64,000 nt of DNA, taken from Torpedo marmorata. Taxonomy: Eukaryota. The DNA lies in the NCBI GenBank assembly GCA_977017645.1, contig OZ360230.1, positions 38,626,001 to 38,690,000 of the forward strand, read 5' to 3'. The notes beneath the pieces were generated by a model that saw only the letters and a program-made list of their open reading frames with translations, had not been told where the DNA came from and did not search any database. Positions 10,284 through 23,890 of this stretch are shown here, one piece after another (position 1 is the first letter of the stretch; every line of letters starts with the position of its first letter). Made by a program: the position numbers and the translations under genes.

Positions 10284-13070
10284 CTTCATATTCAAGTTTC
10301 TATCTTCATATTCCCCACTCTAGTGACTGAGTCGCTCCCTGGATCTAAACTGGGGGAGTCTGAAGATAGAAACTTGATGTGAAATTGACGATAGGGCTAT
10401 AAACAGTAAAAAGAAATAGGGAAGAAAATATCTGGTTTGTCATCTTTTAGATTAATCATTCATAAAGTATTAATGAACTCTACACTATTGTATTCTAAGC
10501 TTCGCCATATATGTTATAAAATCATGCATTATTTATTGGCAAAATAAGTGAGTTTCACAGTGGCAGTGCCAAAACTGTGTTGACAACATCTCCTAATAAT
10601 TGACTGAACAAAGGGTTCAAATATTTCCTCCTTAATTGAAGTATTTTGTAAAGTATAACAGATTTAATCTTGGAAAGACCTTATTAAACTACACAAAATG
10701 ACAACTTGAGTAAATGCATCAGGAGTAATTAACATTCGGATTTGATTGTTGCATTCCTGCTATCCTTTCACAGCAAAAGCTCAACAGCTCCGAAAGAACC
10801 TTAAAATATGAGAATACTTACACACCAAAGATTCAAAATAGCACAGGCTTAAAATAACTACTTCATATTATCCTACTATTTAATATTATCAGTGTCTATT
10901 AGATTCTATACAAATTAGAGGATGCATTGCCAGCATTATGATTTTCCCTGTAAAAATGAACTTTGAATCTGATCCAATACCATAATAGGTTTTGCTTTGG
11001 TGAAGGGACATCTTCTCTGCCAGTTGAATTCCTGAAAATATGCTGTTTTCATATTCCTGCCAATTTCAGCTCCGAGTACCAAAGATATAAATCTTTTCTA
11101 TTAGGCACCCTATTGGTCCATTTTCTCTCAGTGAAGTCATAGAAATCAGTGTAAGTCATCATGGCTGGTATCATCAATGACCTCCCTAACCCACAAGTGC
11201 TATCAGCTGCTGCTTCCAATGTATAATTTAAAAGTCTAAATTCACAATTCTATTCCCTGGATGAAAGTCATCCATACTACTTTCTCCTTTATGTGACAAT
11301 GAAGCTAAGTTTCAATTACTCTAAAGATCCCTGGAACTCTTTTATTACATGCCATTTGAAACCTGTTTTTTTTCTATTAAAAGATTCTCAGTTGAAAAGA
11401 TTTTCACTGAGCACTTGCCTCAGGTTTGAAGCTCAGTGAATGTACAAAGAACTCTTTCACTCTTTGTCTTGCTTTAAGGTGGTCCTCACAACAATACATA
11501 AAGTTCCATTTAACTACCGTATTTTTATACCATTTCAGTGGTTATAAAGTAGAGGGGAAATGGACTTTCTGGATAGCTCTATAATTGGTGGGAATTTCTA
11601 GATGGTCTATGACAATTTTACCACCGTGCTTGCTACAAACCAACACATTTTTGTAAGTTTCATGTTTATAGTTCATTCCTTGGATACTTTGCTTCAGGCT
11701 AAGGTGACATGCCTAAACCAACTAGGATGGTGACATGATCATCGTCACACTTTCACCATCTGCAGGCATTCTGTAGCGTGGGACTGCTTTCCTTCACTAC
11801 TTTTCCTCTTCACTGTAATCACAGCGTCAACTTCAAGAGTTGTCCAGCTGTTTGTTGAAGATCCATTCAGTTCAGACAGATGTAGACTACAAACTGGATC
11901 ATTGCCTAATTTCTTGTGCTGAACCAACTATCAACCAAGCAGCCAGCTGTGCAGCCTTGATCATTAGATCCAAGCAACTTGGCATATTCACTGTGATAAA
12001 CTGATAGGAGACCAGCTTACATGGCAGATTGTTCCAGGAGTGTTTAAATAACATTGATTTAGTCTCAGCAATATTAGGAAATATTACAGCAAAGTTTCCA
12101 CAGAATGTCTCTTTTTTTTTGAATGTTCATATGACATAAAGGAAACATTCTTTTATGTCGGTGACCGTCAGGAGATACTGACTTGAGTAAAAAGAAATTG
12201 GCAAGCTCCTGTTGTTTTGACGGAAAGATGGTGTCACAAAAATTGATGGGGTGAAGTACCTTGACAGAACTCACACTGTCAGATCATGCGTTTTAAATAA
12301 GCGAGCTAAAAGGTCTCAAGTGCTTTTACATGAGTTTGTTCCAGTTACACTGATGTGACAGTGCAAATGTAAGACAGAACCTCAGACCAGGAGGCTGCAT
12401 CTCAAGATCAAATGCTGGGGCCCGATTACTCAAATTCATGCTTCCATCCAGGAATTTTGGTTGAAAATTCAGTGAGAGCGATGAGTGTGATTATTCAATA
12501 GTTTACATTAATTTGGAATGTTCTGCCCAGCCACCCCAAGCTTTCCAATGTGCAGACTTGTCAGGTAAAGTGACCTGACATGTGAAAGTGGAAAATTCTC
12601 ACTGTGACCTGCATGATTAAAATGCACTACTAAGCACTATCAAAGTGATTTATAATTAATATTTTCTAATGCACTGTTATTAACTTTGGTTTCTGAGTAG
12701 TTTATTTTTGCTTTTATTTCTCTCCTCCATATGGAGCCTGTATTGATCAGTAGAAATTCATAACAATTCACAGTTGACATTGATTCAAATCTTTACAGAT
12801 TTATAGTTAAGTTTCTCCAAGTGGTGCAAAATTTGTACAATCATTTCTCCAGGTTTCCTGCTCCTACAGATTCTCCCGGGCATCTCATTCTGCTTGAAAT
12901 GAGAGATGAGAATGATGTTATCAAGCAGAGAACTGAGGACTGTAAGAGTGCAATCACTTCATCGCTCTTCGGTGAGCTACTTTATATGAAGGGCATCACA
13001 AGCGAGCCCCATCCTGCCTTCACCTGCTTCTGCAGCAGGGAGTTCTGAGTTGAATTACTGTGAATCATTT

Positions 13071-13485
13071 GAGTGAAACACGAAAGTCTGCAGATGCTGA
13101 GATTGTAGTAAAAACACACAGAAATGCTGGAGGAATTCAGCCGGTCTCGCAGACTCCATAGGAGGTAAAGATATATTACCAAGGTTTCGGGCCTAGCCCT
13201 TTGTTCAAGGTATAAGCAAAAGGCAGGCAACCATCTTAAATCAAGACAAGAGATTAAGGCGGTAGAATGCAAGGGGGAGGAGTCCAGACTTAACTGCCAA
13301 AAGGTGTTAATTGGATATGATAAGAGGAGGGGTGAGAATTGATTTTGGCTCTGTGAAAGGAGACAGAGGAAAAAGGGAGAAGAGAGAGAGAGAGAGACAG
13401 AGCCAGGGGAAAGGCGGCAGGGGAAGAAGATGGGGGGGGGGGGGCGGGGGGTGGGTGTTTTAATGGAAACCGGAAAAGTCGATGA
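13071..13485 (-). mobile_element. PLE 3' UTR fragment (pyrimidine-rich UTR, hammerhead region, 3' terminus)
   Basis: Same terminus gagtgaaacacgaaagtctgcag; ends at ccggaaaagtcgatg (IDFSGF, the end of the PLE ORF). Confidence 0.8.
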
Positions 13486-13726
13486 AGTCGAAGGGAATCT
13501 TTCCCCTTTCTTGGCAGGGGAAAGATGCCAATCCACCCTGGAACCTTTGGCTCAGCAACTTGTTTATCCATCTACCTCCTGAATCCTTTAACAACTAAGA
13601 TGGTATAATTTAGTTATGCTGATACATATTGCTCTGTTCAGAGTCTGATGTAATACATATCACACCCAAGCTTTCCCTTCTTACAAGGAATTGCAGTAGT
13701 TGCTGCAAAAGATTTATTTTGAAAAT

Positions 13727-13727
<1 letters not shown>

Positions 13728-13773
<46 letters not shown>

Positions 13774-13804
13774 GTGCGCGCGCGCACTCGCGAGCGTGTG
13801 TGTG
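13728..13804. repeat. (TG)n/(CG)n microsatellite
   Basis: About 20 TG units followed by cgcgcgcg alternating purine-pyrimidine tract. Confidence 0.95.
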
Positions 13805-15325
13805 AAATGGTGTTTCCTATTTCACAATTAGGATCAGTCCTATATTAACATGTGTGAATGGTTTACATGGATAAATTTAGTTTCTGAATATAGAATAACA
13901 TTATCTTTTGCCAATATAATATGGAAATAGATGTATCAGGAAGAAATGTTTCTAAGTGTACCTTCAACTCACTGTGGCAGTATTGAGCTTCCTCCAACTA
14001 GCTGAGCTTCAACCTATTCAATAAAATGTTTACCTGATTTACTTTTAATAGTATTATTACTGACAATTCTTGAACAACACAGATGTGAAGAGAAAGCAGA
14101 AAATAGCTTTTATAACTATCATTAACATAGTGCCTAGAGATCAGGGACATTTCAGCATTAAGAATTTTCTGCTGACGAGTGATTAGCAGGCCCAACATGT
14201 CCCTAACCCCACTTGCCATGTCACAACAACAATTCCTTAGTACACAGCTTTCCCAGTGAAGTTTAAAACTTCTCAGTGGGAATTTCCTCCAAATGGCAAG
14301 AGGCACACAGGTTTAAGATACAGCATTAATATGTGAATATGGGCAGAGTCTGCCTCTCAAGGGGTAATTAGTCCAGCAGAGGATGGGTGCTGGTGGTGGA
14401 TCTGAGCAACTCATCCTCAGCAGGTGATGTCTGGCAACATCCGCTTCAGTCGCCACCACTGCGGGAGCCCAAAAGCTTCCAACAGACCAGAATGATGTTA
14501 TCAAGCTGCAGAACTCAAACCGTAGATCAGAGAATACAAATCATTAATCCTTCCTGACACTGGCATCCTGGACAAGCCCTTGGAGAGGTTTATGACTTGG
14601 AGTTCTGGCTGATTTCCATAGAACAACTGTACCAATGCTACATTTGAAACAAAGGGATTTCTCCGATACAATATGTTACACATGGTGTTTAATGCTGTGC
14701 CATTTTTTTTCTGGAGCCACAGATAAAAACTCAGCCTCATTTGAGTGTTGTAAATAAATTACACTTGGAAAGGTATGCCTGAGAAAATGGTTGTGAAGAA
14801 ATTAAAATGATGAAGATACTCAAGGTAATTGGCAAGGGTAGTGACCAGAGGAAATGATCAAATAAATCAGTAGCAGGAAAATAGGAAAAAGGAATAACAA
14901 ATGTAAAAATAACAGCGATGGAAAATATAAATAAAAAGATATATTTAACTGTTGGAAATTATATTTATTGAACGCTTAATATACCTGGCTTCAATGACAG
15001 TGAAAGATCTGATGATCCTAATTTTTTCTGTGTTTAGTACAGGCCTTATTTCGGATAAATGCAGCAATATGAGTCACTGCACTATGGATTTTGGAATGTG
15101 GGCAATGTCCTCCTGTATCAAATTAGTGCAAACTGACAAAAGCAATTGGCATGTGTCATACTTTCTGTTGGTTCAGGATGATTAGCTCTGGACACATGCA
15201 AAACATTATTTGCTTTCACCATGAGTGTATTGTTGCTATAGTGTGTACTAACTTGATAAATAAAGCACTGCAACTACTCACCAAGGCTGTCCCATCTCCA
15301 TCAACTCCAACACAGGAACAGGTTT

Positions 15326-16325
15326 ATAGAACATAGAACATAATAGCACAGTACAGGCCCTTTGGCCCACGATGTTGTCCTGACCTATATAAACTTACTC
15401 AGCAATCTGTACCTTCCCTACCTCACACCCATAGCCCTCTAATTTTCTTGCATCCATGTGCCTCTCCGAGAGTCTTTTAAATGTCCCTATTGTACCAGCC
15501 TCCACCACCATTCCTGGCAATGGATTTCTGGCACCCAATACTCTCTGTGTAAAACACTTACCCTAAACTTTCCTCCCCTCTGCTTATACAGATGTTCTAT
15601 GGTATTTGCTACTCTCGCCCCGGGTAAAAATGTGCTGGCTGCCCATCCTATCTATGCCTCATAATCTTGAGGACCTCTATTAAGTTACCTCTCATCCTTC
15701 TTTGTTCCAAAGCGAATAGCCTTAGATCTGTTAACCTTGCCTCATAAGACATGTTCTCCAATCCAGATACCATCCTGGTAAATCTCCACTGCACCCTCTC
15801 CAAAGCTTCAACATCCTTCCCACAATGTCCACCGCCATAATGAGGCAACCAGAATTGAATGCAATATTCCAAGTATTGTCTAACCAGAGTTTTATAGAGC
15901 TGCAACATTATCTCATGACTTGAAAATCCCCCAACTAATGAAGGCCAGCATATCATAAGCCTTCTTAACTACCCTATCATCCTGCGTGGCAAACCTGAGG
16001 GATCTTTGTATTTAGTCCCCAAGGTACCTCTGTTCTTAGACACTTAAGAATCCTGCCATTAACCATGCACTCCACTTTCAAGTTTGACCTTCTAAACTGC
16101 ATCACTTCACACTTATCCAGATCGAACTCCATCTGCCACGTTTCTGACCAACTGCATCCTGTCTATATGCTGTTGCAAGCCACGACAAATTTCTGCATTA
16201 TCCAAACTTTGTGTCATCTGCAAACTTACTGACCCATCCTTCTGCTTCTTCATCGAGGTCATTTTTAAAAAATAAAAAGTGAATGGGTCCCAGAACAGAT
16301 CCCTGCGGAATTCCACTCATCACTG
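15326..16325 (-). mobile_element. CR1-clade LINE, 5'-truncated
   Basis: LQLYKTLVRQYLEYCIQFW...LERVQWRFTRM...RGNLIEV; FADD motif region; (tagaaca)n tail. Confidence 0.88.
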
Positions 16326-16468
16326 AAACTTTCCTATCGTGATATTAACAACATATTTAAAGGCAAAGCAGAATTTTAACTATAATTCTTTTCACAAATG
16401 CAGAAATTAATTGTATGTAAAAACATCCCACTTTGTAACATGTAAAATATTAAGAATATCAGGAATAG

Positions 16469-16925
16469 TCAACATGACCTGTCCCTCACAAAGCCATGCT
16501 GACTATTCCTGAGAAGACTATACTTCTCTAAATGCACGCAAATCCTGTTCCTAAGAATCCTCTCCAATAGTTTCCCCACCACTGACACAAGACTCACTGG
16601 TCCATAATTAACCTTTGTTAAATAAGGGACTACACTTGGCATTCTCCAACCCTCCGGTACTTCCTCTGTTGCCAGGTTGGATGCAAAGATCATTGCCAAT
16701 GCCCCAGCAATCTCTTCCCTAACTTCCTGTGGGTATATCTCATCCAGTCCTGGGGACCTACCAATCGTAATGTTTTTAAGAAGATCCAGCACTTCCTCTT
16801 TTTCAACCTCAACATGATCTAGCACATAAGCTTGTTCTACACTGACCTCACATTGATCAATTCCCTCTCTCTGGTGAACACCGAAGCAAGTATTCATTTA
16901 GGACCTCCCCAACCACCCCTGCCTT
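16469..16925 (-). mobile_element. CR1 ORF2 fragment
   Basis: SPGLDEIYP...EVPEGWR...NYGPVSLVSVVGKLLE...SQHGFV. Confidence 0.85.
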
Positions 16926-16959
16926 CAGGCACTTGTTGCCTCCTTTATCATTGTGCAAC

Positions 16960-18253
16960 ACTATCACCTGTGATGAAATGCTTTGAGAGGCTGGTCATGA
17001 CCAGAATTAACACGTACCTAAAGAAAAGATCTGGACCCACTGCAATTCGCCTATTGTCACAATCGCTCTACAGCAGATGCAATATTGCTGGCTCTCCACT
17101 CAGCTCTGGATCACCTCGAAAACAGCAATTCATACATATGGCTGCTCTTCATCGACTACAGCTTGGCCTTCAATACCATTATTCCCTCAGTGCTGGTCAA
17201 GAAGCTACAAACTCTAGGCCTCTGTACCCCACTCTGCAACTGGATCCTTGACTTTCTCATCGGAAGACCACAGTCAGTACGAATTGGAAACAACGTCTCC
17301 TCCTCACTGATTATCAACACAAGCGTACCCCAAGGATGCGTGCTTAGCCCACTGCTCTACTCATTATACACCCATGGCTGTGTGGCCAGGCACAATTCAA
17401 ATGTCATCTACAAGTTTGCCGATTACACCACAGTTGTCGGCAGAATCACAAACGGCAATGAGGAAGTGTACAGGAGGGAGATAGATCAGCTCGTTGAATG
17501 GTGTAACGACAACAACCTTGCGCTCAACGTCAGCAAAACCAAGGAGATGATTGTGGACTTCAGGAGGATGTCAGGGGAACATGACCCAGTCCTCATCGAG
17601 GGCTCAGTAGTGGAGAGGGTCAAGAACTTCAAATTCCTGGGTGTCAACATCTCCGAGGATCTGACCTGGAGCCTCCACATTGATGCAATCACAAAGAAGG
17701 CTCGCCAGTGGCTACACTTTGTGAGGTGTCTGAGGAGATTCGGTATGTCACCGAAGACTCTTGTAAACTTCTACAGGTGTACCGTGGAGAGCATTCTGCA
17801 TGTTGCATCACTGCCTGGTTTGGAGGCGCCAAATCTCAGGACAAGAATAAACTCCAGAGGGTTGTTAACTCGGCCTGTGACATCACAGGCAACAAACTTC
17901 ACTCCATCGAGGGCATCTACATGAGGCGGTGTCTTAAAAAAGCAGCCTCTTTCCTCAAAGACCCCCACCAACCAGGCCATGCCCTCTTCACTCTGCTACC
18001 ATCGGGAAAAAGGTACAGGAGCCTAAAGACGAGCACTCAACAGCACAAGGACAGCTTCTTCCCCGTTGCCATCAGATTCCTGAATAATCAATGAACCATA
18101 GACATTGCCTTACTTTTCGTGCACTATTATTTATATATATATTTTTAGTAATGTCGTAAGATGGTTATAATATGAATGTTTGCACTGTGATGCTGCCGCA
18201 AAAAACTGAATTTCATGACTTGTTCATGACAATAAATTCTGATTCTGATTCTG
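16960..18253 (+). mobile_element. Rex1/Babar-clade LINE, 5'-truncated RT pseudogene
   Basis: MKCFERLV...[12 protein letters not shown]...[15 protein letters not shown]...KFAD...LLPSGKRYRS...FFPVAIRFLN; tail caataaa(ttctga)n. Confidence 0.9.
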
Positions 18254-19451
18254 TAGGAGGGTTCTCTAAGTGATACTGATTTGTACAGTTCCTTCATCAT
18301 GGTGGCATTTAAATTCTCAAACTCACTTCCCAACACCAGAAGGATTGCATAGCTTTAAGAAGGCAGCTCACCCCTACTTCCCCAAGTGAAATTATAGATG
18401 GGCCATAAATGCTGGCCTAAGCAGCAATATCCAAATCCCCAAAAAATAAATGATAAAAAAACCGATGCCTTGGAGATAACTCTTAAAGTCTACATAACAA
18501 TGCTGATTTGTGTAAAATTCTTATCTCATATTAATCCCTTTAATAATAGTCAATGTGACACTGCACATAAAATGTTACTTTGTTTTATTCCCTGATCAAA
18601 TATTAATACATTTAATATTTGACACAAGTGGTTAGACCGTTTAATTCTGGTTCTCCGGTTTACTTTCTGGGGAAGATAAAATGTGGTGCAGCATTGTTCC
18701 AGCATTCCAATGTCATGTATCTATCGAGTAGTATGTTATGATTCTATTATTTAGTTCATATCAGTGGCACCCATACTCCATTAAATATTTATTGACTGAA
18801 TAATCACTACCTAATAGCTTGTGCTCTCCTGCTGCCAGTTTCTTCTCCGGAGAATGTGCTTGTGCTTAACTCTCCAGGGATCAGGTCAAAGTAAGGGTAG
18901 TGGAGTTTAGTGACAGAAAGAATTCTAAAATAAGGGCCTTATTAGCAACATGGCCAGGGCACACCTCTATTTATTTATCTATTTTCTAGGATTGGGATAT
19001 TTCTGCTTAGGCACTGGGTTTCAATCTTCCAATAAACATTCTTTCTGCAAAAATACATTCTAGCCCAATCTTATATTTGTAAGATTCATGAGATTAAGGC
19101 CTAAAAATAATTTTGTTTTTGATAGTGATGCTTGACGAACTGGTATGGATTTATATTGTGGGATTGGTGGCATTAAATGTACATATGGCCGCAGCTCGCG
19201 AAGAGTCGAGAACAGGACTGAATTCCAATCAGTGGCTGCCTGCAAGGAGCACTTCAGAGACCTCCTCAACTGTAACTCTGTCCTCAAATTCTTTATGTCA
19301 TTAAAGTTCACTACCCTTACTTTGAGTATAGTTTACAATTACCGATAAGTAGAAATTTTGCCTGGCCTGCAGGAAAAGGAATCTTAGGGTTGTATGTGGT
19401 CATTTATGTACTCTGACAATAAACCTGAACTTTGAACTTTTGAGTATCCTG

Positions 19452-20205
19452 GAATCAGATTCCAGATTCAGATTTCAGATTTATTGTCACAGAACATACA
19501 TGGCGTCAAACACAACCCTGAGATTCTTTTTTCTATGGGCAAGGTAGAATTACCACTTATAGGCAGTGCAAAAAAAACGAACTCAATGTACACATGTAAA
19601 CAAATAAAGAATTGTAAACAAACTGACTGTGCAATACATGGAAAGAGAAAAAATCAATAAAGTGCAAAAGTAAGAATCCTTAAATAAGTTCCTGATTGAG
19701 TTTGTTGTTGAGGAGTCTGATGGTGGAGGGGTATCAGCTGTTCCTGAACCTGGTGGTGCTTGTGGCACCTACACCTCCTTTCTGATGGTAGCAGTGAGAA
19801 CAGAGTGTGCTGGGTCGTGTGGATCCTTGATGATTGCTGCTGCTCTCCCACGACAGCGTTCCCTGTAGATGTTCTTGATGGTGGGGAGGGTTTTACCCGT
19901 GATGTCCTGGGCTGTGTCCACTACCTTTTTCAGGGTTTTATGCTCAGGGGCATTGGTGTCCCCATACCAGATAGTGATGCAGCCGGTCAGCACACTTTCC
20001 ACCACACATCTGTCAAAATTTCCCAGGGTTTCCAATGTAATGCCAAACCTCCACAAACTCCTGAGGAAGTAGAGGTGCTGACGTACTTTCTTCATGATTC
20101 CATTTGTGTGTTGGGTTCAGGAAAGATCCTCCGAGATAGTGACTCAAAAGAACTTAAATTTGCTCACCCTCTCCACCTCTGATCCCCAATGATTACTGGA
20201 TCATT
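19452..20205 (-). mobile_element. Rex1/Babar-clade LINE 3' portion
   Basis: RQHLYFLRSLWRFG...ESVLTGCITIWYG...KDPHDPAH; tandem-repeat tail. Confidence 0.85.
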
Positions 20206-20489
20206 GATCAATCAATTCCACAGTGACCTGTTTCAGTTTGCAACCATTCCTGACTGATAAGAAGTAAAAAAATAATATCATAATTTTCAAAAGCAGTGCA
20301 GGCAACAGTCTCATTGAAATAAGTTCAAAGTTCAAATTTGAAATGCTTAAACTCCATGGTGAAGATCTTCAGTCACAATTCCACACCAGGTAAGATGTGC
20401 CATAATTGTGACCATCTTTAAGAAAGGATTCAAGTCTGATTGCATTAACTACAGAGGGTTCTCCCTGCTGTCTGACACAGGGAAGGTTG

Positions 20490-20830
20490 GAACACAGAAC
20501 ATAGAAGAGTGCAGCTCAAGAACAGCCCACTCTATCTGCGCCAAGCATAATGTCAATTCAATCCTATCTGCCTGAATATGGTCCATACCCTTACCTCCCT
20601 GCCTCTTCATGTGCCTGTCTAAATGCCTCTTCAATGTTGCTACTGTATCCACCTCCTCTGGCAATATGTTCCAAGCCCCTACAACTCTCTGCATGAAGAG
20701 CTTGCCTTGAAAATTTCCTTTAAATGTTCCACCTCTCACCTTTAACCTATGCCCTCCAGTATTTAACAAATCCACCTGCGTAAAAGACTGTGACAATCTA
20801 CCTTATCTACGCCTCTCATAATTTTATGTA
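20490..20830 (-). mobile_element. CR1 3' end nested in RTE
   Basis: GHRLKVRGGTFKGNFQGKLFMQRVVGAWNILP...LKRHLDRHM. Confidence 0.8.
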
Positions 20831-21149
20831 CCAAAGTCCTCTTGAATTGCCTCTTCAGCAGCTGAGAAGCTGCTCCCTGAACCACAGTGTGGATTCCATC
20901 TATCGAGAGCATCGGTGGACATGATCCTCAGCACGTGATGCCTTTTTCAATCACAATAAAGGTATTGACTCTGTCAAATGGGAGGAACTTTGGAACAGCA
21001 CAGCCTGTCCACAGAAATTTGCCTTCATTTTATGTTTGCTCCATGACAACAGACCCTCAACAGCACCAATCTCAGTGAAGACTGGTGATAAACAGAACTG
21101 CAACATTCCCCATTGACTCAATCGTTCTCACCACAAGTCCCACATGGAA

Positions 21150-22320
21150 GGCTAGAATACGTGGGATTCACAGTGAGCGAGTCAATTGAATGCAAAACTG
21201 GCTTGGAGATAGGAGGCGGAGAGTGTTAGTAGAGCGCTGCAGGGATTAGTGCTGAGAACATTGTTATTAATCATTTATTTGTATATACGAATACTTGTCC
21301 TGCATATGTATTGTTTGTCTGTATGTCTGTTATGTCAGGCTATGTGTCTGCGTATTTTGCACTGAGGACCGGAGAACGCTGTTTCATCGGGTTGTACTTG
21401 TGCGATCAAATGACAATAAACTTGACTGGACTTGACTTGACATGTTAATCATTTGGATGAGAATGACTCGTAAGCTTGCAGATGACACCAAAATAGTTGG
21501 TATAGTGGACACTGAGGAAGGTTATCTAAAATTACAAGAGGATATTGATCAACTTGGAAAGCAAGGAAAGGAATAGCAGATGGAGTTTAACTCAGACAAA
21601 TGTGAAGTGATATATTTGGGAACTTAGACCAGGGAAAGACTTGCACAGTGAATGATAGGGCTTTGGAGAATGTTATACAGAGAGACCTCAGGGTACAAAC
21701 ACATAGTTCTCTGAAAGTGGCAACTCAGATATAGTGGTGAAGAAGACATACGGCAGGCTTGCCTTCATTGGCTGAAGCATTGAGTACAATAGATGAGCTA
21801 TGTGGTGTGGGGACCATCCACATACAGGATCTTTGACCCACTACCATCAGGCAGGAGGTACAAGAGTATCAAAATCAGGACTGCAAGGCTTGGAAATAGC
21901 TTCTTCCCACAGGCTGGGAGATTGATGAAAGTTATCCTATAACCTTGGGATTCTTATAAATGAAACAAGTAAATTATTCCAATATATTTATGCATATTTG
22001 TTTTATGTTATATTTTATGTATGTATGTCATTATCATGTGCTGTGTGAGAAATGTATTGTGTGTATGTGTGTGCACCATGGTCTGAGAAATGCTGTTTCA
22101 TCTGGTTTATATGTACAGTCAAGTGATAATGAACTTGAACTTGAACTTGAAGCTGGAGATGGTGCAGAAAAAATTCACTGGAATACAGCTGCTTTGGAGG
22201 GCAGCTGGGACTATTTTCCCTGAAGCAAAAGACACTGAGAGGAGACGTGATAGAGGTATTTAATATTATGAGAGGCAGAGATATGGAAGATAGTCAGCGT
22301 CTGTTTGCAGGAGGAATAGA
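21150..22320 (+). mobile_element. Degenerate CR1 with nested Rex1-type 3' tails (21280-21440, 21800-22150)
   Basis: LADDTKIVG...LQEDIDQL...MEFNSDKCEV; inserted tails ending (cttga)n and (gaactt)n. Confidence 0.7.
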
Positions 22321-22610
22321 ATGTGTTGTTCCACAAATTTACATTTGACCTCAACCTGGCAATGGATGAGGACAGATATATCTACATGGGAATTTTGAAG
22401 GGAATTGAAATAATTGGCTACTGGGAGTTCAAGCTTAGACCTACAGAGTGCAGATGTTCGGCAAAGCAGTCATGCAATCTACGTTCAGTCTACACCGATG
22501 TAGAAGAAGCAACACTAAACAGAGTAAATTAGGTTGGACGATAACGCATTTTAGACCGTCTCACCTAGAAGGCCTGTGTATGGCCCTGGATGGAGGTGAG
22601 GGAGGGAGAG
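22320..22610 (-). mobile_element. Degenerate PLE GIY-YIG fragment
   Basis: Aligns by eye to 60500-60810 (gcaaagcagtc..caatctacg..agtct..ccgatgtaga). Confidence 0.65.
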
Positions 22611-23346
22611 GTACTTGTGAACTTCAGGAGGACCAGAGACAACCACCCTCCACTGCACATTAATAGCTCGGTAATGGAAAGCACTAAGTTCTTCGGAGTC
22701 CACTTAAGAAGTGACCTATCCTGGACACATAACATCTCCTCACTTGTCAGGAAGGTGCAACAGTGACTGCACTTCCTTAGAAGGCTGACCATCCTGTCAA
22801 CTTTCTACAGAAGCTCTATCGAGACCGTCTCGGCCGGCTGCATCACAATGTGGTCCAGTTCCTGTAAAGCATCGGATCGGAGGTCAATCCACAGAACCAT
22901 AAAAGCAGCAGAGAGACTCACTGGGATCACCCTCCCTACCCCCCCCCCCCACCCCCCACCCCCCTCATCAATGTGATTTCCCGGGATCATTGTTTAAAAA
23001 GAGTTCGCAAAATCTGTAAGGGCCTCTACCATCCCGCACACAGCATCTTCCAGCTACTCCCGTCGGGAAAGAGATACAGAAGTATTAGAGCCAGATCCAC
23101 TCGGCTGAAGAACGGCTTCTTCCCTCAGGCAATGAGACTGCTGAATGATTGCTGAACTGCTAAAACAGTTTCCCGTGACTCTACTGTTTATTAAAAATAT
23201 TTATTTTTAATATATGTATATAAGCCATGTATATAGGTTCTGTGTATCTGTGTATATGTATAGTTTGTCTGTATGTGTGTTTGCACTGTGTTTGCAACGT
23301 GGACTGGAGAACGCTGTTTCATCGGGTTGTACTGTTACAATCGGAT
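22611..23346 (+). mobile_element. Rex1/Babar-type LINE 3' portion
   Basis: HPAHSIFQLLPSGKRYRSIRARSTRLKNGFFPQAMRLLN; tail aataaacttgaactt. Confidence 0.8.
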
Positions 23347-23591
23347 GCTAAATAAACTTGAACTTGTATGAAGAAAGCACAGAGGGATAAATAATTAATG
23401 CAGGCAAGTGGGATTCATGTAGATATGCACAAGTGTCAGTACAGATGTAAAATGCTGTTCAACTCTCTGACAAGGTGCAACTCACCTCCAATTAATATCC
23501 CAGGAGAGTATATCTAAACTTAAGAACTAATAAGAAACTGTTCAAACTACAATGAATTCCATTTAGAAGCAAGTTTAGCTGAACCTCAGTA

Positions 23592-23890
23592 GAACATAAG
23601 AACATAAGAAATAGGAGCAAGAGTAGGCCATCCAGCCCATCGAGCCTCCTCTGCCATTCAATGACCATGGCTGATCTGATGATAGGCTCATCTCCACCTA
23701 CCTGTCTTAAGTCCCCTACTTTGTAAAACTGTATCTAACCTTGTCTTAAATATATTCATTGAGGTAACCTCCACTGCTTCAATGGGAAGCGAATTCCATA
23801 CATTCACCATCCTTTGTGAAAAGCAGTTCCTCCTCATCTCCATCCTAAATCCACTACCCCGAATCCTGAGGGCTATGTCTCCTAGTTCTC
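23592..23890 (-). mobile_element. CR1 3' end
   Basis: (aacataag)n tail and CR1 3' consensus. Confidence 0.7.

Noticed and set aside
11745-11927. Possible extra MECOM coding exon (60-aa minus ORF)
   Set aside because: No recognisable similarity to MECOM/MDS1 peptides and no convincing splice-site pair.
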